DNA from: the human T2T-CHM13v2.0 reference genome, Homo sapiens
Reading direction: 5' to 3' (one strand)
DNA length: 64,000 nucleotides
Assembly: GCF_009914755.1 (NCBI RefSeq)
Contig: NC_060938.1
Of this stretch, positions 18,217 through 34,385 are shown piece after piece. Position numbers and translations under genes: made by a program. The notes under the pieces were generated by a model. It was given only the letters and a program-made list of their open reading frames with translations. It did no database searches and was not told the origin of the DNA. Numbering within the stretch: the stretch's first letter is position 1; each line of letters opens with the position of its first letter.

Positions 18217-20007
18217 ACATTTGTGTTTTTATCTGCATCATTCCAATTAATCACCAAAAATAGTTTTGCCCATTCTACTTTAATGACTACATAACAAAAT
18301 TGAGAAACTGTGTTTATGCTTGAAAAGTTCATGCTCCTAACTAGGTTAAACATTTCCTAAAACAATATTATTTATATTATTAACACAACTCTTTTTTAAA
18401 AAATAGTATAAATGTAAATTATTATAAGCTTGGATGATAGCTGTTTGAATTAATGAAGCTTAACTAAATGTGTATGTATGTGTGTGCACTGGAGTGGTGG
18501 TGGGAATGGACCAAAAGAATCCCTGAGAGAAGAGTACAATTGTTTTAAAATACATTTAGGTAAAGACTATTTATGATTCTTGAGGAAAGAGAGCCTATAT
18601 AAAAACTTTTTATTATCTTTAACTTTTAATTGTCTCTTTTGAAAATTCAAAGACATTAAATACCTGTTCGTAAAATTTTTCAACAAACTAGGTTTACAAT
18701 TTTACATTCCCACCACCAACCTTGTCTTGAAAGTGTTCATTTTGTTAGTCTCTACAGAACCTAGGATATGGAACCTAGGATAGTTATCTTATACATGGCA
18801 GGCATTTCAATAATGTCACTTGAATACAATTCCAATAATTTTATCACATTTTCAACATTGATACACAATATACGAGGTCAAAAATTCTAATAACACACTT
18901 ATACTAGAATTTCACATTTCCCTAATTCAGATTTTTAGGAACTTCCTAGACTTATATAATATACAAAGCTATGGACAGAATGTCTAAAAAACCATGAAGC
19001 CTGCCTCCAATAAGAGATCCACATTTCTTTAAAAAGAAATTTAAAAGACTCAGGCACCTATATAAGTAGATCTGACTGTCAATATATACAGGTTTACCCA
19101 CAGAGAAAATAAAATTCCCGTATGTTGTAACACTTGGAAAAAAAAAAAAGAAGATAGTGGCTAAATGAGACTGAAACTTAATACTTTATATTACATGTAA
19201 TTAATTTAAATTTCATTCATGTTATGCTTAGTAAAATATTCTGAAATCATTCTGTGTTGTTTTAAAGTCCAAATAAAGAGTGACAAACCACAAATGCACA
19301 AATCATGGTGGATCTTCCTAAGATTAATTACTCAAGGGCAGCAACTGTCCCAATAAGCTACAGACTCCTCATACCCCACCTGCTGTAAAGAGGGGAAAAA
19401 GGGAACTTCATTTTAATTTTTCTAATAAAACACCTTAGAAATACAAATATAAATCATTATTGATATCTATCTATTCCATTCAATGTAACTTCTTTCATAA
19501 TTAAGAAAAAATTAAAACATATAGTACATCTATAGTTCATAGTTTTTCCACATACAAGAAGAGAGCTATGCTATCACTCTATTTTGTGTGATTGCTATAC
19601 AAAGAAACCACATCAATTATTTCCTGATAAAAAACTTTTCTAAGCAGTAGGTAATAAAGTTCATAGAATAGTACTTCTGTTTGTTTTTTGTTTTCTCCTA
19701 AAAGTTTTATCCAGATATTAGACTCTATCACAATCCATATTTATCATTTCTATTTCAATGTGTAAAATAAAATAGGAAGCATTTACATGTCAAATAAATA
19801 TTACTTCCTAAAAGCAAGAATTTAATAAACCTTGTCAATACTGGTTTTAATTCTCAAACTAAGAAACCAGAGTAGGTCATGTGATACACTGTAATTTTAA
19901 TATACCATATATATTGAGATCATTAAGTTAATACTAAATTACTTGCTTGAATAAAGAACGATCTAATTCTGATAACAAAGAAAGTAGTCCAGAAGTAAGA
20001 AAATATA

Positions 20008-20413
20008 TGCTATGGTTTGCATGTATCCTCCAAAGTTCATGTGTTGAAAACTTAATTCTGAATGCAACAGGGCATTGAGTTGTGTTTTTTTTTTGAAAGT
20101 GGTGATGAGGTCACAGGGGCTCTGCCTCATGAATGGATTAATGCTGTTATTGCAGTGGGTTAATTACTGTGGTAGTGGATTTCTGATAAAAGGATATGTT
20201 TGATCTCTTGTTCTCTATCTTGCACATGTTCTCTTGCCCACATGACACCTTTGCCACATTATGATGCAGGCAAGAAGGCCCTCAAAAGATGTGGCCTCTC
20301 AGTCTTGGACTTCCCAGACTCCAGAACTGTGAGCCAAATAAATACATTTCTGTTTATTATACATTACCTAATCTGTAGTATTTTGTTATAGCACCATAAA
20401 ATGAACTAAGACA
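20008..20413 (+). mobile_element. MST-family MaLR solo LTR
   Basis: tgctatggtttg ... aactaagaca termini; 5-bp TSD atata/gtata. Confidence 0.9.
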
Positions 20414-20989
20414 GTATATAATTTATTCTAATGGAAATATGTTTCCATTATATAGAAATATTTCCTCAATCAAAATTGAATTAGAGCACTTGAGTTAGGT
20501 ATTTAGTGCAAAATAGTTCTGATGGGAGAAGTACATGTCACTCAAACCTTTAAATGTTACCTTCATTTGAAAAAGGTAAATAATATTCCTTTATACCATA
20601 TATTTGTATTTAAACAACTATATTAATAAAAATATAAAAAAACAAGTAATAATTAACTTTAAGTGAATTACGTTCAATGTATCTCACATTTTCCTTAAGG
20701 AGTATTATGGCTGGAATCATCTTGAAAATAGTAGTTGCTTCAAAGCCAATACAATATTTTACCAACTGCAAAACTTGAATAAAGTGACATTCTCAATCAT
20801 CTCCTTATTTCACACATAACAGAAATGATGGCAAGTACTCTTAGGGAAAGTTTTCTATATGCTGGGAAATATGTATAAACTGATATCTCAGCTATCCTTC
20901 TCCGATTAGATAGTGGACTCCATAAGAACAGGTATTTGACACTCTCTTTTTTGCTGGGGTATCTCTAACACCTAGAAGACTGTCTTGTG

Positions 20990-21284
<295 letters not shown>

Positions 21285-21469
21285 AGAAAAGTGTCTTGTA
21301 TTCACAAGCAGCTCAATAAATATTCCAGATAAGCAAATGAACAAATCCATACAACAGAATTACCAAAGAGGGTACTACCAGTGTTATTCTTACTTTACAG
21401 ATAAGGAAACAGAAGTAAAGCAACTTGTCTCTAATCACACTACCAGTGAGTGTGAAAGTTGGAATTCAT

Positions 21470-21710
21470 GGCCAGGCACCATGGCTCAAACTGCAATCTC
21501 AGCGCTTTGGGAAGCCAAGACAGGAGGATTGCTTGAGGCCAGGTGTTCAAGACCAGCCTGGGCAATGAAGCAAGACCCCATATCATCTACAAAAAAAAAA
21601 AAAAGAAAGAAAGAAAAGAAAAGAAGGAAGGAAGAAAGAAGAAAAGAGATGGAAGGAAGGAGAAAAGAAAAGAAAAGAGAAGACAAGAGAAAAGAGAAAG
21701 AAAAGAAAAG
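21470..21710 (+). mobile_element. FLAM monomer with a ~120-nt expanded purine tail, inserted in a MIR
   Basis: Left monomer only; TSD aaa(g/a)ttggaattcat at 21455-21469 and 21711-21725. Confidence 0.9.
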
Positions 21711-21738
21711 AAAATTGGAATTCATAATTAGGGCCCTT

Positions 21739-22012
21739 GGTCAGGTGTGGTGGCTCATGCCTGTAATCCCAGCACTTTGGGAGGCCAAGGCAGGCGGATC
21801 ACCTGAGGTCAGGAGTTCAAGATCAGCCTGGCAAATGTGGTGAAACCCCTTCTCTATCAAAAATACAAAAATTAGCCAGGCGTGGTAGCGGGCACTTGTA
21901 ATCCCAGCTACTCAGGAGGCTGAGGCAGAAGAATCACTTGAACCCAGGAGGCAGAGGTTGCAGTGAGCCGAGATCATGCCACTGCGCTCCAGCCTGGGTG
22001 ACAGGGCGAGAC
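21739..22012 (+). mobile_element. AluSx-like, lacking its last few bases, poly(A) and TSD
   Basis: Dimeric Alu that ends abruptly at gggcgagac. Confidence 0.92.
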
Positions 22013-22312
22013 AAATTTTGATACAAGAAAAGTTACATCTACTTTAATAACCCAACTTATCTCACTCTGGCTCTTACCTGCCAAACAGGGAAAGAGTATC
22101 TCCTCCCCTAATCTTTCTTTCTTCGTGTGCACCTTCTCCAGGCATTTGCCTGAGATTCTGACCTGCTTGTACCATCTGTTTGCAAGTGAAGCAGGACTAG
22201 ACCTGTTCCTCACAAGAATCCTTAAATGAATCCTGAAGTACAGTTTTCAGCTTGGCCACATTGGAATAGGGCTGCTGTCCATTGCCTTCTCTAATGTATT
22301 AATAGTTTAAAT

Positions 22313-22611
22313 AGCCGGGTGCGGTAGCTCACGTCTGTAATCCCAGCATTTTGGGAGGTCGAGGTGGGTGAATCACAAGGTCAAGAGATCAAGACCATCC
22401 TGGCCAACATGGTGAAACCCCATCTCTATAAAAATACAAAAATTGGCTCAGCATGGTGGTGTACACCTGTAGTCCCAGCTACTCAGGAAGCTGAGGCAGG
22501 AGAATCACTCAAACCCGGAGGTAGAAGTTGCAGTGAGCTGAGATCATGCCACTGTACTCTAGCCTGGTAGCAGAGTGAGACTCCATTAAAAAAACAAAAA
22601 AAACAAAAAAA
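22313..22611 (+). mobile_element. AluSc-like
   Basis: ggtcaagagatcaagaccatcctggccaac; A-rich tail. Confidence 0.92.
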
Positions 22612-22989
22612 CTTAAGATGATCTTGACTACCTTTCTCGATCCCGTGCCCTACTTATTGCTTCCTGGATGCCAGAGGCTCTGTATTGCTGCTTGTTGAAG
22701 CCCAAGTAACCTGTTGAGATGTGGCCTTTATGTAACATTTTCTCTATTTTTTCCCAGGGATCTCCTTTTTATATTACCACTGGGTCAGGCCTTGATTGAC
22801 TGCCCCAGGCAAATGTGTTTTCTCAGGCACTGATAGAAAATGCTCTTTCTTCAGTATTTCCTTCAGTGTATGATACTGTATGACTCATGTCCTAAGTGCT
22901 ATATCATTTTGATTTCCTCAGGTAACCAGACCCCTAGACAGGATTCACACATAAAGCCACTCTCCTAAAGCCACTCTATATCCATTCTC

Positions 22990-23410
22990 TTCTCCTTTTA
23001 TAACAGACAGCTACCTTTTAATCACTTCATACATTGCCACCAGCTAAACAACTACAGCTCTTTGACTTCTTGCAGCTACGTGTGACCATATGACTATATT
23101 TTGATCAGTGATGTATGTGTAGATGTGTTGCAAGAAATTTGTGATGTCTCCTTAAAAGCGAACAAACATATACTTTCTTTCTAATTTCTCCTTCATGCTA
23201 AGTAGAATAAAGATATGAAATACGGAGTTTAAGCAACCATCTTAAGCTGCTAAATGAAAATTGCATGTTACGAAGAGAGGGACCAAGAAAGAAGATGCCT
23301 GGATCCCTGAGGAGAGTGGACCTCTAGTGTTACAGGGACCTGGAACCAGAGCTAAATGTTTTTGCCCTTTGTTGTTATTTGTTATGCATTAATTTTACTA
23401 TCCAAATAAT
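22990..23410 (+). mobile_element. Old MLT1-family MaLR LTR (diverged)
   Basis: tgtgaccatatgact, gcaaccatctt and gaaagaagatgcctggatccctga motifs. Boundaries are approximate. Confidence 0.5.
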
Positions 23411-24073
23411 AGCAATAATAGTAATTATATATCTTATTTTCTTGGTATTAAAACTGCGGAATATGTACAGCCCCCTTAAATAATCTAAACTCAATTTTTG
23501 GAACCTGGGGCAATAATCATGCATAAAGTCATACATGCGTATCTATATACATGCATATGTACCTTCATGTAAATAACCAATTGTGACTGGATTTGCAATC
23601 CCCACTAGATTATGGTTTTATTCAGGGCAGAGATTAAGTCATGGTCTCTCTAGTACAATGTGTTTCTAGGGACACAATAAATTCAACTGGAAAACCAGGA
23701 GCAACAGAAAATAAAATAACAAAATGTCCCTGAAAGAAGAAAGATGAGCACTGAGAGCCATGTGATTCTGTGAGCAAACGTTACTCAGTGAACAGGGCAG
23801 AGAGAGAGCTTTCCCAGCAGCAGCTTTTGTCTACAAATGTTCTCCTATCTTATCCAGTTTCTGAAAGCTGACCTTTTTCTTTCACTCAGGTATTTTTATA
23901 AAACAAGTCATCCTGTTCCTTTCTTAAAAATGAATACAGACAACAGAAGTAGAGTGAGGTCAAGGACAATTGGCCATGCCAAGCATTTAGAAGACACCTA
24001 AGGAATAGGTTTTATGTAGAAATAGATTTCACTTTTCAAGAAAGAAACTGTTACTGAAGAGATAAGTTAAGCC

Positions 24074-24310
24074 CAGTAGTATGCTGGTAAATGCTTAGCA
24101 GCTAGATCTCCAGAAACAAAGAACACACACAGAAAAAACTACCACCACCATCTCACCTCCCAAAAACAAAGTCCAGATTGGTAACACTGGCCAGTTTCTG
24201 TGGTGTAAATACTGCTACTGTGGCAAATTTCAACCTACAAACTACTTAACCACTGACTCGTAAAATTCCTGAAAATGTTACAATCTTCTCTTGTCAGCCA
24301 GAACAGATAG
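24074..24310 (-). mobile_element. MER63-like hAT DNA transposon
   Basis: cagtagtatgctggtaaatg terminus, tttctgtggtgtaaata core, ctcgtaaaattcctgaaaat. Confidence 0.6.
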
Positions 24311-25612
24311 TTATAGTATATCTTTCTTGCCACATGGAGGAGTGCGGCTTGGACTTCCTACAAATGTCTACAATAAAAAACAAACCTATGTTTTTATTGA
24401 TTTTAATTTTCAAATATTTCTTAACATCGTACTTACTTTACAGAGTTATTTAATATCTGAAAACAGTCCCTATACATAAATTCATAAAAGTCAATGTTTA
24501 GATAACTGTTCTTGGTTGAAAACACATACAAACTCAGATTTGATCAAGAGGCATCCATAAATCAGCAGCAAGACCAAGAGACAAACCTAGGTTTGTGTGT
24601 GCTATCCTCTCAGAGAGCTTCTGTTGCTATTTTAGAAACAGAAGATTTTAGTGTTTCTAATCCAGCAAAAGTTCTATTTAAGCAAGTAAGAGTCCCTATT
24701 GATTTAAATCACAGAACAGGTGTTCTGAAGAGATTTCACAAGCCTTTACAGTGTGCATTTACAGTGGCATCACTTATGCCACTCAGGTTCGCATGTCAAT
24801 TTTACACTGAAATCAACCACAGGTGTGGGTCTGTTTCATATGCTGGCAACTCTCCTCACGGTTGAGGTAACTCATGTCCACCAAAACTTGGAGTCAAACC
24901 ATGGCAACTCTATTTTCATACTTTAATGCAAGTGATTCATACGCTAGTTCCAAGGAAACTAATAAAGGAAGACAATCAGCCCAAAAGAAAGTGTCAAGTG
25001 TGGCAAACAACTAAAACATAATGAATGAGTCTTCATTGTTTTTAATACCTATTTGAAGAGTATCTTATAATCATAAATACAAATTATGCTGTAAAAAATA
25101 ATCCCAAGAAAAGATAATTGCACCAAATAGGAGTACAATACTTTAGAATTTGCAAAGACCTAACATTTGAATATTATTTATATACATATTTTCTTATATT
25201 GATTTTCACAATAATCCTGTAAAATGGATAGGGCAGAAGTGACATCTGCAAAGTGTACTATATATTCTTAAGTATGATATAAAAATATTACAGTTGCAAT
25301 TATGTGAGGGATACACACTGAAATGTTTCAGGAAAAAACATTCTGAAAGTGATGGATTTCAAGTCATTTATAGGGATGGAAAGACAATGGATTACAATTC
25401 AAATTCAAAATTATTTTTATTTTATCCAGAAAATCAATTATGAAGTGTCTACTCATTAAAAAGAAAGAAAGGATGAAAAGAAGAAAGTAAAGAAGGAAGA
25501 AATTCAGGTTCCAAGATGGCTGAATAGGAACAGCTCCACTCTGGAGCTCCCAGCGTGAGCAATGCAGAAGATGGGTGACTTCTGCATTTCCAACTGAGGT
25601 ACCGGGTTCATC

Positions 25613-25927
25613 TCACTGGGGTTTGTCAGACAGTAGGTGCAGCCCACGAAGCAGGGCAGGGCATCGCCTCACCTGGGAAGCGCAAGGGGTCAGGGAATTC
25701 CCTTTCCTAGCAAAGGGAAGGCTTGACAGACAGTACCTGGAAAATTGGGACACTCCCACCCTAACACTGCACTTTTCCAAAGGCCTTAGCAAAGGGCACA
25801 CCAAGAGATTATATCCCATGCCTGGCTCGGAGGGTCCCACGCCCACGGAGCCTCACTCACTGCTACCACAGAAGTCTGAGATGGAACTGCAAGGCAGCAG
25901 CGAGGCTGGAGGAGGGGCATCTGCCAT
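25613..25927 (-). pseudogene. L1 antisense ORF0 remnant with a single in-frame stop
   Basis: MADAPPPASLLPCSSISDFCGSSE*GSVGVGPSEPGMGY...FSR in one frame; TGA at 25855-25853. Confidence 0.8.
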
Positions 25928-26502
25928 TGCTGAGGCCTGAGTAGGTAAACAAAGTGGCCTGGAAGCTCGAACTCGGTGGAGCCCACTGCAGCTCAAGGAG
26001 GCCTGCCTGCATATGTAGACTCCACCTCTGGGGGCAGAGCATAGCTGAACAAAAGGCAGCAGAAACTTCTGCAGACAAAAACGTCCCGGTCTGACAGCTT
26101 TGAAGAGAGTAGTGGTTCTCCCAGCACGGAGTTTGAGATCTGAGGACAGACAGACTGCCACTTCAAGTGGGTCCCTGACCCCCCAGTAGCCTAACTGGGA
26201 GACACCTCCAAGTAGGGGCCGACTGACACCTCATACAGCCGGGTGCCCCTCTGAGATGAAGCTTACAGAGGAAGGATCAGGCAGCAACATCTGCTGTTCT
26301 GCAGTACTTGCTGTTCTGCAGACTCCACTGGTGATACCCAGGCAAACAGGGTCTGGAGTGGACCTCCAGCAAACTCCAACAGACCTGCAGCTGAGGGTCC
26401 TGACTGTTAGAAGGAAAACTAACAAACAGAAAGGACATCCACACCAAAACCCCATCCATAGGTCACCATCATCAAAGACCAAAGGTAGATAAAACCACAA
26501 AG

Positions 26503-27517
26503 ATGGGGAGAAACCAGAGCAGAAAACCTGAAAATTCTAAAAATCAGAGCATCTCTCAGCCTCCAAAGGAAGGCAGCTCCTCGCCAGCAAAGGAACAAAG
26601 CTGGATGGAGAATGACTTTGACGAGGTGAGAGAAGAGGCTTCAGATGATAGCTAATAACAAACTTCTCCAAGCTAAAGGAGGATGTTCAAACCCATCACA
26701 AAGAAGCTAAAAACCTTGAAAAAAATTAGAGAAATGGATAACTAGAATAAACAGTGTACAGAAGTCCTTAAATGACCCGATGGAGCTGAAAACCATGGCA
26801 CAAGAACTACATGATGCATGCACAAGCTTCAGTAGCCAATTTGATCAAGTGAAGAAACGGTATCAGTGATTGAAGATCAAATGAATTAAATGAAATGAGA
26901 AGAGAAGTTTAGAGAAAAAAGAGTAAAAAGAAATGAACAAAGCCTCCAAGAAATTTGGGAGTATGAGAAAAGACCAAATCTACATCTGACTGGTGAACCT
27001 GAAAGTGATGGGGAGAATGGAACCAAGTTGGAAAACACTCTGCAGGATATTATCCAGGAGAACTTCCCCAACATAGCAAGGCAGGCCAACATTCAAATTC
27101 AGGAAATATAAAGAATGCCACAAAGACACTCGTCGAGAAGAGCAACCCCAAGACACATAATTGTCAGGTTCACCAAAGTTGAAATGAAGGAAAAAATGTT
27201 AAGGGCAGCCAGAGAAAAAGGTCAGGTTACCCACAAAGGGAAGCCCATCAGACTAAAAGCTGATCTCTCGGCAGAAACTCTACAAGCCAGAAGAGAGTGG
27301 GGGACAATATTCAACATTCTTAAAGAATTTTCAACCCAGAATTTCATATCCAGCCAAACTAACCTTCATAAGTGAAGGAGAACTAAAATCCTTTACAAAC
27401 CAGCAAATGCTGAGAGATTTTGTCACCACCAGGCCTGCCCTAAAAGAGCTCCTGAGGGAAGCACTGAACATGGAAAGGAACAACCAGTACTAGCCACTGC
27501 AAAAACATGCCAAATAA
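26503..27517 (+). pseudogene. L1 ORF1p, disrupted
   Basis: ATG in cacaaagATGgggagaaaccag; fragment RRATPRHIIVRFTKVEMKEKMLRAAREK; several stops and frameshifts. Confidence 0.9.
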
Positions 27518-27579
27518 GACCATCGATACTAGGAAGAAATTGCATCAACTAATGAGCAAAATAACCAGCTAACTTCATA

Positions 27580-31387
<3,808 letters not shown>

Positions 31388-31745
31388 ACAATAAGAACAC
31401 ATGGATACAGGGTAGGGAACATCACACACCAGGATCTCTTGTGGGGTGGGGGGAGTGGGGAAGGATACCATTAGGAGATATACCTAAAGCAAATGACAAG
31501 TTAAGGGATGCAGCACACCAACATGGCACATGTATACATATGTAACAAACCTGAATGCTGTGTACATGTACCCTAGAACTGAAAGTATAATAATTACAAA
31601 CAAAAAAGAAGGAAGAAATTGAAGAAGAAAGAAGGGAGAGAGAAGAAAATTACACATAAAAAATTAAAAAATGTTTATACACAAGGAGAAGGATGTAGCC
31701 AACATTTTTATTATTGCTCTATTTCCCTTGAAATATCTACTCCCA

Positions 31746-32180
<435 letters not shown>

Positions 32181-33713
32181 TCACTTGTGGACATGGTATT
32201 CCACCTAGTGTTTGCCAGAACAAGCTGCTAAGTGAATTAGGAAAGACAGTGAATATCAGTTGCAATATTTAACAGGTGAGATTCATTTAGGACAGTTCAA
32301 GCCTGAGGTTTTTTAGCGAATAAAGAGCCTGAGTTTCAGCATGAAAAACAGAGGACAGCTTTTCAAACAATGTGTAAATTAGTCTACCCCCTCACCAGAA
32401 ATGTAGGAAACATATTTTTTCATTTCAAGATCATATATGTTTGCATACAATTCAGAGACATTTCCACAAGCTTCCACATAGTAAATAAAACTCGAATTTT
32501 TTAAGGTTTGAATTTTATTTTGTTCTTTTTCTGAACCTTCCAATCTAAATATAGAGTAAGCAGTTCCTAGAATTTGCTGAACAAAAAATTGAAATTAATT
32601 GGCACACAAAATTTAGCTGATTTCATTACATCATATGGCTTGATTTTTTAATTTATGCTATCTAGACATGGGAGTAAATTTCTCAGGCTATCTATGATTA
32701 ACTAAATTTCTATTTGATTCATGACCTGCCAAGTGTAGATGTTTAAGTCAGCTAACTAGTGGATACATCTTACCAAGTTAGTTTTCCTCTCTTAAAAGCT
32801 TGGTTGAAATTTTAGCATTTTAATACAGAATAAGGCTTACAGGAGCCCTGGTCACAAAAAGTAATCAGAATATTCTAGATGAATTATAGATTTTGAGATG
32901 TTTTGTTTGGAAAGTTCACAAGCCACACATTCCATCTCTCTCTATCAGGGCATGAAGGAATTTATTGAGCAGCGTTCTTTGTACAATTGAATCACTCACT
33001 CCTCAGAAGCTTTCTTTGAAATCCACTCATATAATAACTGTCAGAAATTATCTTCCATAACATTTGAAAAATTTAGTACAGATGCATGAATTTTTCGCAA
33101 TTTACAGAGAGGACAGGAAGTTTTACAGAAAACATTTTAATTAGCACTATACATAATTAACAGTAATAAAATATAAGTTCAATATATTTTCTATAGTGTT
33201 ATGGACTTTGATACTCTGATAGCTTTCATTTGTCTTTTTTTTCTGTACCATGTATCTTTATCAACTATTCTATATTTACTCACATCTCAAAATTTTTTCA
33301 AGGATCAGAGCAAATTTCGAGGGATGAATTGGCTGCTCAATAGCTACTAATAAAAGACTAACTGGTCACAATTGAACCCTGTCACTTACTTCACAGTTTC
33401 TATTAATTTTAAATATTTTAATAAATATAAATTTTTTAAAAAAAAATTTAAATGTTTTAATAAATATTAAACATACATATTTCTCTTTATGAAATAATAA
33501 CTGGGCACAAACCTAATCCCAATTTCTGACAATTTCAAATGTCTTTAAAATTTTCTGAAGAAATATGCAGTTCCAACTGGAAATAAGTAACAAGATTTTT
33601 CCAGAAAAAATAAAACTTTATGTATACACTTTATGAAATAGTATGCATATGAATGAGTTTTCAAAGTATTCACTCCTTTCTCTGGAAGATACAGGAAAAA
33701 GTCAAACCCATAC

Positions 33714-34385
33714 TGATAGGTGAAGTCGGCTGGGCTTCTGGGTCGGGTGGGGACTTGGGGAACTTTTCTGTCTAGCTAAAGGATTGAAAATGCACCAATC
33801 AGTGCCGTGTGTCTAGCTAAAGGTTTGTAAACACACCAATCAGCACGCTGTAAAAACGGACCAATCAGCACTCTGTAAAATGGACCAATCAGCTCTCTGT
33901 AAATTGGAAAAATCAGCAGGATGTGGGTGGGCCAAATAACGGAATAAAGGCTGGCCACCTGAGCAAGCAGTGGCAACCACTGAGGTCTGGAAGCTTGTTC
34001 TTTTGCTCTTCCCAATAAATCTTGCTGCTGCTCACTCTTTGGGTCCGCACTACCTTTATGAGCTATAACACTCACCGCGAAGGTCTGCACCTTCGCTCCT
34101 GAAGCCAGTGAGACCAGGAGCCCACCAGGAAGAAAAAACAACTCTGGATTCGCCACCTTTAAGAGCTGTAACACTCACTGCAAAGGTCTGCGGCTTCACT
34201 CCTGAAGTCAGCAAGACCATGAACCCGCCAGAAGGAATAAACTCTGGGCACATCTGAACATCTGAAGGAACAAACTCCGGACACACCGTCTTTGAGAACT
34301 GTAACACTCACCGTGAGGGTCTGCGACTTCATTCTTGAAGTCAGCGAGACCAAGAACCCACCGGAAGGAACAAATTCCAGACACG
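33714..34385 (+). mobile_element. Solo LTR12 (ERV9 LTR)
   Basis: tctagctaaagg and ccaatcagc U3 repeats; taacactcac/cctgaag U5 repeats; 4-bp TSD atac at 33710-33713 and 34386-34389. Confidence 0.95.
33795..33950 (+). promoter_or_regulatory. LTR12 U3 promoter: four CCAAT (NF-Y type) boxes and a TATA-like element
   Basis: CCAAT at 33795, 33836, 33861 and 33885; gaataaag at ~33942. Activity is not shown by the sequence. Confidence 0.6.

Noticed and set aside
21337-21843. 168-aa K/R/E-rich ORF
   Set aside because: Read-through of MIR, FLAM, purine tail and Alu sequence.
22620-22930. Possible processed pseudogene or ERV internal fragment
   Set aside because: Translations gave nothing recognisable, and there is no poly(A) or TSD.
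24512-24865. 117-aa ORF in unique sequence
   Set aside because: Non-ATG start, no recognisable domain and no convincing acceptor.
33770-34360. Spaced direct repeats resembling an array or CRISPR
   Set aside because: These are the normal U3 and U5 repeats of LTR12 in eukaryotic DNA.
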